NCBI GenBank assembly: GCA_964016885.1
Contig: OZ024743.1
Location: forward strand, 174,220,001-174,284,000
DNA length: 64,000 bases
Direction: 5' to 3'
DNA from: Eledone cirrhosa
Lineage: Eukaryota
Part shown: in pieces, positions 1-21,735 of the stretch
How positions within the stretch are numbered: the stretch's first letter is position 1
Layout: every line of letters starts with the position of its first letter
Program-made: the position numbers and the translations under genes
The notes under the pieces: model-generated
Seen by the model: only the letters and a program-made list of their open reading frames with translations
Databases searched by the model: none
What the model was told of the DNA's origin: nothing

Positions 1-5087
<5,087 letters not shown>

Positions 5088-5297
5088 ATTAATTTATTTA
5101 TTTATTTCTTTTATTTTTTTATTTCTTTATTTTTATATATATGTATATATATGTATATATATATATATATATGTATATATATGTGTGTGTGTATGTATAT
5201 GTATGTATGTATGTATGTATGTGTATATATATGTGTGTGTGTGTGTATGTGTGTATATATTTATATGCGTATATATATCTCTATTTATATATGTATA

Positions 5298-9520
<4,223 letters not shown>

Positions 9521-9600
9521 ATATATGTATATATATATGTATATATATGTATATATAATGTATATATGTATATATATGTATGTATATATGTATATATATG

Positions 9601-9633
<33 letters not shown>

Positions 9634-9744
9634 GTATATATATATGTATATATATGTATATATGTATATATATGTATATATATATATATGTGTATATATA
9701 TGTATATATATATATAAATATATATGTATATATATATATATATA

Positions 9745-9995
<251 letters not shown>

Positions 9996-10237
9996 TTATA
10001 TATATATGTATATATATATATATATGTACATATATATATATGTATATATATATATATGTACATATATATATATATGTACATATATATATATGTACATATA
10101 TATATATATGTACATATATATATATATGTACATATATATATATGTACATATATATATATATGTACATATATATATATGTACATATATATATATATATGTA
10201 CATATATATATATATATGTACATATATATATATGTAC

Positions 10238-10269
<32 letters not shown>

Positions 10270-10445
10270 GTACATATATATATGTACATATATATCTGTT
10301 AGAACACGAAAAGTGTGAAACAATAGAATGTTCACTTTTCGTGTTCTAACATATATGCCTAACTCCTTCATAAATTTTTCGGGGATAGCCGTGGTGGTGG
10401 TGATCGTATGTCATTGGCTAATTTTCAACCCATCAGAGTAAGTGT

Positions 10446-10485
<40 letters not shown>

Positions 10486-11836
10486 TATTCCCCCTCTCTC
10501 TATATATATCTTACGCTTTCGCTTTACACTCCTCCCCTTCAATAACACATTTCCCCCTCTCTATATATCTCTTCCACTGTTACTTACGCCTGTTTCTCTC
10601 TATCTGTTCCGTCTCTATATATATCTCTCTTACTCTTTCGCTTTGCACTCCTCCCCTTCAATACCATCTCTCCCCCTCTCTATATATTTGTTACTCTATC
10701 GCTGCACGCTCCTCTCCTTCAATATATCAATTACACACGCTTTACACTCCTTTATCCCCAGCGCCCCTATATATACCCCCCCCCTCCCGCATCTATATTT
10801 TAATGTTCCGTTGCACCGTGAATATATGTGTCTATATATATATACATATATATTGTATATACACATTCATGTATGTGTATACACACTCATGTATGTATAT
10901 ACACTGGTTTTATGTGTGTATTGTAAATTTGTACTGTTAAAACACGAAACTAACATTCGATTGACACTTTGATTACCTGTACAGGCAATAGTTATTAGAA
11001 TGCTGTTGAAGTGTGTATATATTTTTGGGGGACATCCTGTATATACACACATTATATATAATACAATAAACAGATAAATACACACATATATATATGAGCT
11101 TATTTAATTATAAATATTGTGAATTTTTAACTCAGTTCAATTATATATATAAATGGCTTCTACAGGACTAGAACTGTTTCATTCGAAAGAAATCATCATA
11201 ATATTGAGAGGGGGGACTAGATAAAATATTTCAAATCAAATGTGTATAAGTTATAAGTTAAAATGTATAAATAGAGACGATAGTGGAGGTATATCTGTTT
11301 AGTGGAACAGTAGACGATAGAATTAAATACAGACGAGAATCTCCCTTTAATGAAACAGCAGACGATAGAATTAAGGCAATTTAAATTTTAAACATTTGCA
11401 TTTTTGCCTTTCATCGTTACGGGGTCGATAAAATAAAGTACCAGTAATACACTGTCACTATAAGTAGACGACTTTCAAATTGAATTGTTGGTTCCATTTC
11501 TTTAGTATTTTCAATTGTAGTTATCTACTTAAAAAGCGTTACACGGTTAGAGACATAATTGGTAACTTTAAACCATTAAACGTTTAAACTTCCCTATTAA
11601 ACCATTGCATTATTTCGCCTACAATAGAACAAAAATGAAATGTTCTTTAAAGAAACAGGAATATAACTTTATAAAAAAAAAAGTTGCATCCGTTTCTTTT
11701 ATCATTGATAATTTTTTCGTTTTAATATTAATTGTTTTTTGTAGTTGTTTATATTAAAAATCTTACTGTAATATTTACTTAAACGAAGGCAGACATCTAA
11801 ACTTATAGATTAATCTTGAGCGAAGGACTAGATAAA

Positions 11837-11909
<73 letters not shown>

Positions 11910-11913
<4 letters not shown>

Positions 11914-12216
11914 GAAGAATGATAACATTTCAAGCAAAGAGTTTAATTAGGTAATGACTTACAAATTTGTTTCAGTATATATTTAATATAATATTAATAT
12001 ATTTTGTAATATTATTAACTAATTATTATAATTAGCGCTTCAGGCTTTGTCTATATACTGAAACAAATTTGTAAGTCATTACCTAATTAAACTCTTTGCT
12101 TGAAATGTTATCACTCTTCGTTTTGAATTTCTCCTAAGTATTCAATACTCTGTTGAGAAATACATTTTACATAAACAGTCTTTGTACCATTTATACGGTA
12201 TTAATTACTTATATTT
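11910..12216. mobile_element. Fold-back insert in (TA)n: 72-bp arms (11910-11981 / 12052-12123), about 90-bp one-sided tail
   Basis: Arms reverse-complementary with one mismatch; TA tracts on both sides. Confidence 0.7.
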
Positions 12217-12239
12217 ATATATATATATATATATATAGC

Positions 12240-12379
12240 GTATGATTAGAACTGTGTTTATTATTAATATTTTAATGGATTTAATGAAAAATTTTAGGTG
12301 TTCATATATATATTCTAAAAATGCGCGAAATCGTGAATCCGCGATAGTTGAACCGCCAAGTAGCGAGGTATCACTGTAT
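12240..12379. mobile_element. Tigger/pogo-like (Tc1/mariner superfamily) terminal fragment
   Basis: Ends ...gaaccgccaagtagcgaggtatcactg-TA, a typical CAGT..CCTCG TIR followed by TA. Confidence 0.5.
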
Positions 12380-12404
12380 ATATGTTTAAATATATAGTGT
12401 AGCT

Positions 12405-12869
12405 GTGATGTATCTCGCGAGTGAATCGAGACCTGTCACTGATTTTGGTGTCCCCACTGCCGATGTGAATGAGCAACGCTGCACTTGTGAATTGGGTCTT
12501 GATGTTGCAGGCAGTTCATATACTTACAATGATGCGGTCCCACAAGCTTGTTCACATTCCTGTGCTAATAATCTAGATGGGCGTATTAAATTGGATGTGA
12601 AAGCAGCTTACCGGATGCGGAATCGGGAGAAGTTGAGACAAAAACAGGCCGATTATAGAGCTGTGAATTTTGCTAAATTAACACAAAAACAGGCCAAGTA
12701 TAGATGTTCAAAACGGTATGAGTTGGCAAACAAGCAGGCCAAGTATAGATCTGCAAATTCAGCTATTATATCTCAAAAGCAAGCCGAGCGTAGAGCTTCT
12801 AAACGTACCGAGTTGGCTAAAGAGCAGACCAAGTACAGATCTGCAAATATCTTATTGCACAAACAATAA
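12405..12869 (+). other. Orphan ORF with 5-6 tandem 15-aa basic repeats (KQAKYRSAN...), probably a mobile-element-derived fragment
   Basis: ORF track; 45-nt periodicity; higher GC than flanks. Confidence 0.4.
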
Positions 12870-12897
12870 TTCTGCACAAATGTTGCTCCATTATTTT

Positions 12898-13077
12898 GGC
12901 AGTATTGGTAGAGGGTCGGATGCCATGCTTTCCAGCATAGTTACGTCCCTTTACGATCTGAGTTCAAATCCTGCCGAGGTTGACTTTGCCTTTCATCCTT
13001 ACGGGGTAGATAAAATAAAGTACCAGTAATGCACTGGGTAATTGCTGGCCTTGTGCCTAAAGTAGAAACAATTATTA
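12898..13077 (+). mobile_element. SINE family B (gagttcaaatcc.gccgaggtt.actttgcctttcatcc...gtagaaacaattatt). Other copies at about 14385-14555(+), 17380-17570(-), 18690-18815(-), 22980-23170(-), 25400-25790(+, two), 33322-33513(+), 35470-35695(+), 55037-55228(-), 61900-62340(+)
   Basis: More than 10 dispersed copies, B-box-like GAGTTCAAATCC, (ATT)n tails. Confidence 0.85.
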
Positions 13078-13261
13078 GATCTAATGTTGCAACGATACAG
13101 TTAAATGTTGTCTGTGTATTTTAAAAAAGATTTGCTTATAATCTTTTCAAATTTCATTACGCCAATGATTCAAGCTCAAATTGACATTATCTAAAAAATT
13201 GTACAAACAGCGGTGGATTAGCAGTAGTGAACAGATAAATCAGTCAATTTATTAAGATTGA

Positions 13262-13915
13262 CTTGGCATCAATCAGCAAGACCTTCATTAGCTGCTCTCC
13301 AGCCATCTATTTAAAGCTGTATACATCTATGGTACGAATACACTTGGAGTTCGCGTCATCAGTCTGGAACCCCTATCTTGCTCAGAACATTGACCTCCTG
13401 GAAACTGTTCAGAGACATGCAACCAAGCGCATACCCTCCATCAGACACCTACCATACCCTGAATATTTTGCTTCCCTCTGGCAATGGACTTGGTAAACAC
13501 CCACAAAGTTATTAACCATCCGACCAACAACAACCCCGAACACCTTTTTGATCTCCATGTGTCTAACACGTGGACATGCCTACAAAGTCAGAAAACAACA
13601 CAGCTCCCATGACTTTAGGAAATATTTCTTCATGCTCAGAGTTGCTGAAGGATGGAACAAACTTCCTGCATCAGTTGTTAGCTGATGACACACTGCATCC
13701 TTTAAAACCATCATACATTCCGAAATACACCAAAACTACACCTGATGTCCCCCTTCCATACACATGCACATATGTGTATATCATGACTCATGCACTGTTC
13801 TTTTTTCCTGACGTTTTTATATTACCCTATGTATTATATATGCACTTTTGATGAGTTGTAGTGCACCTCAGCATTGTACACAATATTTTCATTATTATTA
13901 TCATTATTATTATTA
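13262..13915 (+). mobile_element. CR1-like LINE 3' fragment (ORF2 C-terminus, 3' UTR, (ATT)n tail). 3'-end copies also at about 18816-19025(-), 26443-26750(-), 34757-35112(+), 44658-44868(-)
   Basis: LYTSMVRIHLEFASSVWNPY...LETVQRHATKRIP is the typical CR1/L2-group C-terminal signature; shared tail gatgagttgtagtgcacc. Confidence 0.85.
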
Positions 13916-15106
13916 CACTCATTGATCCATTTTGCACTAACTCTGCATCAAGCACCCTCACCTAAATATTAACCAATCAAGGATCCAATACAGCTATCTG
14001 TTGGATGAGTATTGTATAGTGCCAAAAACGAAACCAATCAGTTTAGCAGAAAGTTTCCAGACAAGAAACACGCATATTTTGCTATCCTCAAACACGTTTA
14101 CACATGGCATGAAATATAACTAATCCGAGATGGCTAGGTTTCATCTTCTAATTGGATATACGAAATCCATTATGTCTTGACAACAACATGAGGTAACATT
14201 ATGTTATTCACAGACACACTTTGTACACTGTTCCATATCAGAATGTATTTCCTTCGTCACATTCACAAACAGTATTGAAAATATGTTCTTCGGCAAATAA
14301 AAATGTTTTGTTCATAATATTTCAACTAGCGATTGCTCTACTCCACGCACGACCACCATAAATTAATGACCAGCTCAACACAAGTATTGGTAGAGCGTCA
14401 GACACCATGCTTTGCAGTATTGTTATGGTCCTTTGCATTCTAAGTTCAAATCCTGCCGAGGTTAACTTCGACTTTCATACTTACTAATTCGATAAAATAA
14501 AGTACCAGTAATGGACTGCCGTAATGGATTTGTGCCGAAAAATAGAAACACTATTAATGTGCAATAAGAGCAAAATATAACGACATTGCTCAATTATTTT
14601 ATCTAATGTTGTAATAACACAAGGAAATGTTGTTTGTGTATTTTTTTTTATATTTGCTCATAGGCTTTTACAATTTCGCTCAGCCAACAACTATTAAAAA
14701 GTGAGTTGCTTAAGATAACAATTTAATCACAAATTGTTGCTATCTTTTAATACACTCCAACAAGTCATCAAATTATGTACAATAAAAACAAATCTTATTA
14801 ATTTGCTCAGGGAATATAAAGAAAATGTATATACACTGATAATTGCAATTGTATGTAAATATTTTGTTTTTGTATTGTTTATTTTATGTTTTCTATTATG
14901 TATAATATATTGATTTAATATTGATTGTTTTTTGTAGTTGTTTATATTAAAAGTCTGAAAATATTTTTATACATCTTACACTAATATTTATAAGATAATT
15001 TATAATAACAATTACATAATCTAATTACATTACAACGATAATTTATTATTAATATATATCCTGTTTAACTAGAGTTATTAGAAGCGTTGCCTTAAAAAAA
15101 TATTAA

Positions 15107-16083
15107 ACTAGACATGAAAAATGCGCAAGCTCAAAAGTGCCACAGAATGTTATAATAAACCTTCAAAAGTGTGGGACTAGAGTTGTTGCTAAAAAATATT
15201 GTAATCATTATATATCGTACATTCTGTGGCATCCTTTATAAAAATAGCTTAAACCAACGAAGCCTTTATTTTTACGCTATTTCACTTAGTTAATTCTTAG
15301 AGTGTAACATATAAAAATAAATACATCTATGTTTAATGTAATAACAGCTATAAATAATTACGTAATATTATTATCATATACTCATAGTAACAAAATAATT
15401 GTGTTGAAAATTAATATGATGCTTATATGAACGATCAAATCTATAATGATAATTTCTTAAATATACTAATAGTAAAATAATTTAGTTATCTATTGTTACA
15501 TTTTCATAGAACTATAATATTAACAATCGTATTGCATTATCAAATTTTTATCACTACAAACTTTCATATTGTAATTACCTTAAGCCACTTATTATTACTT
15601 CGCTTTCGTACTTTTACAGCTGTAGATATTGCGCTGTATCTTATATCTAATATCAATATCTCATGATAATTTGCATGCAGTGTAAAATAGGTTTATTAAT
15701 AACTTTAATATGAAATGTATTATACAGGGCTGCGGAGTCGGCCAAAAATTGACTGGCTCCAACTCAGAATCCGATACTCCATTATTTCCTAAATTTCAGC
15801 TCCGCAGCTCTGTTATTATATTAATTAATTTATTTTATAGTTGTAAATCATATTTTTATATGTTACACTCTAAGAATTAACTAAGTGAAATAGCGTAAAA
15901 ATAAAGGCTTCGTTGGTTTAAGCTATTTTTATAAAGGATGCCACAGAATGTACGATATATAATGATTACAATATTTTTTAGCAACAACTCTAGTCCCACA
16001 CTTTTGAAGGTTTATTATAACATTCTGTGGCACTTTTGAGCTTGCGCATTTTTCATGTCTAGTATATTTTGGAGGGGACACTG
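15107..16083. mobile_element. MITE with 213-bp inverted arms (15107-15319 / 15851-16063) and a Tc1/mariner-like right end
   Basis: No mismatch seen between arms; the right end continues as reverse complement CAGTGTCCCCTCCAAAATAT. Confidence 0.75.
15725..15812. mobile_element. Tiny hAT-like MITE nested in the larger MITE
   Basis: TIRs cagggctgcggag / ctccgcagctctg; 8-bp TSD gtattata / ttattata. Confidence 0.6.
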
Positions 16084-16102
16084 TGTGTATATATATATGT
16101 GT

Positions 16103-16447
16103 GGAGGCACGTGGCTTAGTGGTTAGAGCATTGGCCTTGCAATCGAAAGGTTGTGAGTTCAATTCTCAGACCGGGTGATGTGTTGTTTCCTTGAGCAAGA
16201 TTCTTTATTTGACATTGCTCCAGTTTACTCAGCTGTAGAAATGAGATGATAGGGACTGGGGTCCATATCATACCACTGCAAAGTGGTCGTGGAGGTGCCA
16301 CGGCAAAAAAGCACCCAGCACTCACTGTAAATGAGGTTGGTGTTAGGAAGGGCATCCAGCTGTAGAAATCAAGCCAGCATCAGTTCCCGTCCCACCCTTG
16401 CAAGCAGGGAAAAAGCGGACGTAAAATGAAATGAAAAAAATGAAAAT
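16103..16447 (+). mobile_element. tRNA-head SINE family A with RTE-derived tail and (TGAAA)n end
   Basis: A-box TGGCTTAGTGG, B-box GAGTTCAATTC; tail gttggtgttaggaagggcatccagc shared with RTE 3' UTRs in the window. Confidence 0.9.
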
Positions 16448-17109
16448 GTGTGTGTGTAACTAGTAAAACTGTAAAAATGCAGCGGTATATTCTAATTTGG
16501 CCCCTTTAAGGGCCACCTATATTTTCATTTAAGTAACTCCACTTACATCTATATGCTTTAATAAAAAAAAAAAAAAAAACGCGTGAAAAAAAAAAATTTC
16601 ATCCAAGTAACTCCACTTATGCGTGGTAGTAATACGGAAATAAACGATGTTTTGCTTTCATCGGCTGACAGCTAATAGCGTTGTAGTGCCAAATCTCCTT
16701 TTTTGTACTGTTGACCATGTTATTCTCCACTTTTTCAATTATATATATATATATATATATACAAATCATCATCATCATGGTTTAATGTATATTTTTCCAT
16801 GCTGGCATGGGTTTAGACTGGTTGCCCACGTCATCAGACAAGTCTGGCCAGCTGGCCGCACCATACCTTGCTCAGATGGAACTATATTTTGGCTGGGATT
16901 TTTACAGCTGGATGCCCTTCCTAACACGAGCCATATATATATATATATATATCATCATCATCATCATTGTTTAATGTCCATTTTCCATGCTAGCATGGGT
17001 TAGATGGTTTGTCCCATTAGAGGCAAGTTGTGTCAGGTGACTGCATCTTGCTCATACAGAACTGATTTTGGCTTGGTTTCTATGGCTAGATACCCTTCTT
17101 AATGCCAAC

Positions 17110-17360
17110 CACATTTACAGTGTGGACTGGGTGCTTTTTATCATGACTCCTACACAACCACTTTACAGTGTGGACTGGGTGCTTTTTATCATGACTCCTA
17201 CACAACCACTTTACAGTGTGGACTGGGTGCTTTTTGTCATGACTCCTACACAACCACTTTATAGTGTGGACTGGGTTCTTTTTGTCGTGACACCTACATG
17301 ACCACTTTAGAGAATGGGCTGAGTGCTTTTTGCCGTGACACCTACACGACCACTTTACAA
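17110..17360. repeat. About 5 tandem 48-bp units (ccactttacagtgtggactgggtgctttttatcatgactcctacacaa) in an RTE-tail repeat
   Basis: Direct reading. Confidence 0.85.
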
Positions 17361-17690
17361 TTTGTCCGACGCTCTACCGATACCGCCAATCCAATAATGA
17401 TTTCTAATTTAGGCACAATCCAACAATTTGTGTTGGGAGAGGAAAGTCGATTATTTCACTTGTACTTTATTTTAACAACCCTAAAAGAATAAAAGATAAA
17501 GTAGACCCTGGCAGGATTTGAACTCAAAACATAAAAGACCGTAACTAAATGCTCTAATGACTCTGCCAGTTACATTTTACTGGATGTTAAACTGTCATTA
17601 CAGGATACTTAGAATTAAGCAGTCAAACTCAATTATTACACGTATGTTGCAACATATCGTTTTCATGGACACTAATGTACTATGATGGGA

Positions 17691-18405
17691 ATCATCATCA
17701 CCGTTTTACGTCCGTTCTTCCACGCTAGCATGGGTTAGACGGGTTGTCCTGTTGTGGGCAGTGTCTGGTCGGCTGACCATGCCTTGCTCATACAGGAACT
17801 GATTTGGCTTGATTTCTACAGCTGGATGCCCTTCCTAACACCAACCTCATTTACAGTGTGGGCTGGGTGCTTTTTTGCCGTGGCACCTCCACGACCACCT
17901 TGCGGTGGGGTGTGTGGGGGCATATTGTCTATATGCTTCAGCTTGTACCCATGGGAGGTCGGGTACTCTGTATTACTGCGTGACGCCAGAAGTCACGGTC
18001 GTGTGTCATTGCCTTTGAGAGGTGTAATTGGGTAAGGTCGGCTTTTATCACCTCATCCCAGGTCATCTTGGGTCTCCCCCACTCCGCGGTTTCCATCAAC
18101 TTCTAGTGCTCTGCACCTTTTTATGCAGCTGTCATCCTTCATACGCATCACATGTCCATACCAGCGCAACCGCCTCTCCTGCACACAGCATTTGATTCCT
18201 CTTATGCTCAGTCTCTCTCTCAATTCATTTATGCTTTGTCGTTCACGTATATTACTGTTACACATCCATCGGAGCATGCAGGCTTTGTTTCTCTCTAATC
18301 TACATAAGTCTTCCACCTTCAGCGCCCAAGTCTCACTACCATGTAACATTGCTGTTCGGATACACGCATCATGCAGTCTGCCTTTCATTCCGAGGGAGAA
18401 GCATT
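17691..18405 (-). mobile_element. RTE-clade LINE 3' fragment; near-identical 3' UTR copy at about 62899-63330(-)
   Basis: [20 protein letters not shown]...[11 protein letters not shown]; (GAT)n tail. Confidence 0.88.
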
Positions 18406-19077
18406 TTGCAGGAATATTTGTAGTTTATGGTTCTCACAAATCATCATCATCATCATCATCATCATTTAACGTCCATTTTCCATGCTAGAATTGTGATATA
18501 TATAGGTTTGTGTATCCCAATATTTAGAATAGATAAACTGTGTCCCTTCATGTCATAAGAGGAGACTAAAGGAGCTAGCATCAATCCTTGCCAGCATGGA
18601 AAAGTTGATATAAAAAAACAATGCTGATATTAACAATTTCTAAATTTTAATAGTTATAAATGTTTATAATAATAATAATGATAATAATGTTTCTTCTTTT
18701 GGCACAAGGCCAGCAATTATCCCAGTGCATTACTGGTACTTTATTTTTATCGACCCCGTAAGGATGAAAGGCAAAGTTAACCTCAGCGGGATTTGAATTC
18801 AGAACGAAAAGGGCCAATAATAATGAAAATTATTGTGTACAGTGCTCGGGTGCACTAAAAAATCATCAAAGGTGCATGTATAGTAAAAGTCAGGAAAGTG
18901 AACTGAGTATGAGTTATGATACACACACACATGTGTGCATGTGTATGGAGGGGGAATATTATGTGTCGTGTTGGCAAATTTCAGGAAGGATGGAAGTTTT
19001 GGAGGATGCAGTAGTTATAACAGTTGACATATCCTTAACATTATTTCTTACTTCTATATATTCTCCATCAATTTCAG

Positions 19078-19276
19078 TAGCCATACAGCACCATGTAGCA
19101 GTACTGAACAGAACTTATTAACCAGCAGCTATGTTCATGGAGCATCAAATATACCTTTAATAGGTTCTACTATTGGAAACATGTTACAAAACCAAGTTGA
19201 AAGCAATCCAGATGAGGAAACCTGTGTATTTTATTCAACTAGAATTAGAAAAACATTTTCTCAATTACTAAAAGAT
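19078..19276 (+). CDS. ACSF2: ACSF2 exon A ([33 protein letters not shown]...FSQLLKD)
   Basis: tttcag acceptor (alternative tag at 19080), gtaagt donor at 19277; typical SYVHG..PL.G.TIG N-terminal motif. Confidence 0.88.
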
Positions 19277-21654
19277 GTAAGTCTCTGGAGATGAAATATT
19301 TAACTATTTCCATTGTTTTTACACTTATTTATTAATCCCCAGCTTCCAGAGCAAATAAATTAGTTTGTTGTTTCAAATGTATATTAACTTAAAATTAACT
19401 CATTCAACACAGGGTTTTTTTGTTTGCTTTTTCTGCGTTTTTTTAAAGGGGGGGGGGGGGGTATAGTCAGACAAGTTGAACATATAAACCACTAAAGACT
19501 GAAAATGTGGATAATATTGTCTAATGGGATTGAGACAATGCTGTCCACTTTTTCACATCCCTGGGGGCTTATATACCTAACTAGTTCAATTATTTTTTCA
19601 TAATTAAAAAACCTGCGTTGAAGCAGTTAACTTTACCAAAATACATTTGAAATTCATAATTTGTTCAATACCCCTTCAAAATACAATTATCTATTATTTA
19701 ATGATTCAAGTAATCGATACCATTAATTATTGATTTGGAGAAACTGTTGAATATCTGATAATTTTTTTACTGACATATTTGTCTCACTTTGGAGGTGAAA
19801 TATGTTTCTTTTTTTTTTTATGTTTTGAATGAATCTGATCTTTAAAACCATTGTAAATTATTTGTCTTCTAGTTAATTCTCCTTCTAGCACCTCAGTCTG
19901 GGGAGCACTAAGGTGACGTTGAAAACCACCATAAACTCTTGGGTATCGAATAATTGTTCTCTCCTGCTTATTAATTAAAAAAAAATGTTTCCAACCTCCC
20001 CACTTATTAAATTTTGCTCATCTATCTCCAGCAAAGTTTTGTTTTAAGTGGTAGCATTCCTGCAACTATTCATTTTCTTTAGACATTAAAAAACATTATA
20101 TATGTAAAAAAAAGTACATTACAAAAAATTCCATATGTTATATAAAATAAATAGGATGGGTTGGGGTTTCAATGTGTAAACTAAGCGACTAATTCTGTTT
20201 TTTAGAGACAACCTAGAAAAATTATCGATTTTCTAAACCCTCCCCCAGGAGTACACGTATTGTCATGGCAGCAGTACTTGGAAGATATTAGTGGGGTGGG
20301 GGTTGTCATATCACCATGGGAGAAGTGTCAGGTCATGAAGGTGGCCTAGAAGAGGAGAGTGAGTTGTATCTGGTAGTATATTATGAGGTATACCTAGCTT
20401 CCTATGCTGGCATGGGATAGACAAAGAACAGAGACATGGGTGGGATTAGGAAAAACATCTTTCTCCCATGCTAATATGGATTGAACAAGAAAGGTAAATT
20501 GAAGATGTGAGAGAGGGGAGGGGGATCAGAATGTAGGGGATACTTTTTATATATTTCTATATCATCATCATCATCAAGTCGAGCTTGCTCGGCTTTCTAC
20601 GACACGTTTCCTCCATCCATCTCTGTCTCTCATAGCGTTTGCCAGTTCTTCCGCAGTGCATCCAGTATCGTCCTCAAGTTGGTTGACGTATGTCTTCTTG
20701 GGACAACCAGCGTTTCTTGCTCCATGAGATGGACTCCATAACAACACATCACCTGCTATTTCTTCCTTGCTGCGCCAACAGTGGCCAGCAAATCTGAGTC
20801 TCTGTCCACGTATTGACCTACTGATAGGTGGTATATTGCCATAGAGATCCTTATTTGTTGGGTGCTCCCTCCAAGACACGTTTAAAAAGCATTCGATTCC
20901 ATCCATCGTGGGAGGATGAGAGAGATAGTTCTAGCCTACGGCTTGCCAAAGGAAACAGTAAATGCCATCATGATGTTATATAAAAACACCCGCGCAATGG
21001 TGCGCTCACCTGATGGAGATACCAACTTCTTTGATATAATTGCAGGAGTACTCCAAGGGGATACTCTTGCATCATACATTTTTATCATCTGCCTCGACTA
21101 TGTATTGAGAAAAGCCCTGGAGGAAAACTTAGAGCTTGGTTTCACTCTCACAAAGCGGAAGCGTAGACGCCATGCAGCTCAGAAAATCACCGATGCTGAC
21201 TATGCGGATGATTTAGCGGTCCTCGCTGACTACCTTAAGGATGCAACATCACTACTTCACAGCATCGAATCAGTTGCAAAGGAAATCGGACTCTATGTCA
21301 ACGCAGGCAAAACAGAATATATTTGCCTGAACCAAGACTCCTCAGTTGGTATTTCTATATAATCTGGTGTAATTCAATAATTTGTTCAGTTTCTTGTTTT
21401 TTTAATAGGTTGATCAACTAGCTGCTAGTTTCCATGATCTTGGAATAAAGAAGGGAGACAGACTTGGTATTTGGGGACCAAATTCCTATGATTGGTTATA
21501 TACTAAGTTTGCTGCGTTTAGAGCTGGAATTATTTTGGTAAATATTTCTGTTTTTTACATTATTCTAAATTGCACCTTGGGCAAGTAACTTCTACTATAG
21601 TTTTTGGCCATGTGAGTGAAATTTGGTAGATGGAAACTGAAAAGAAGCCCATTG

Positions 21655-21735
<81 letters not shown>

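Noticed and set aside
13920-14380. Non-repetitive segment as a possible coding exon
   Set aside because: Stops in the frames I read on both strands and no recognisable motif
16103-16175. tRNA gene
   Set aside because: tRNA-derived SINE head continuing into SINE body and tail in four copies
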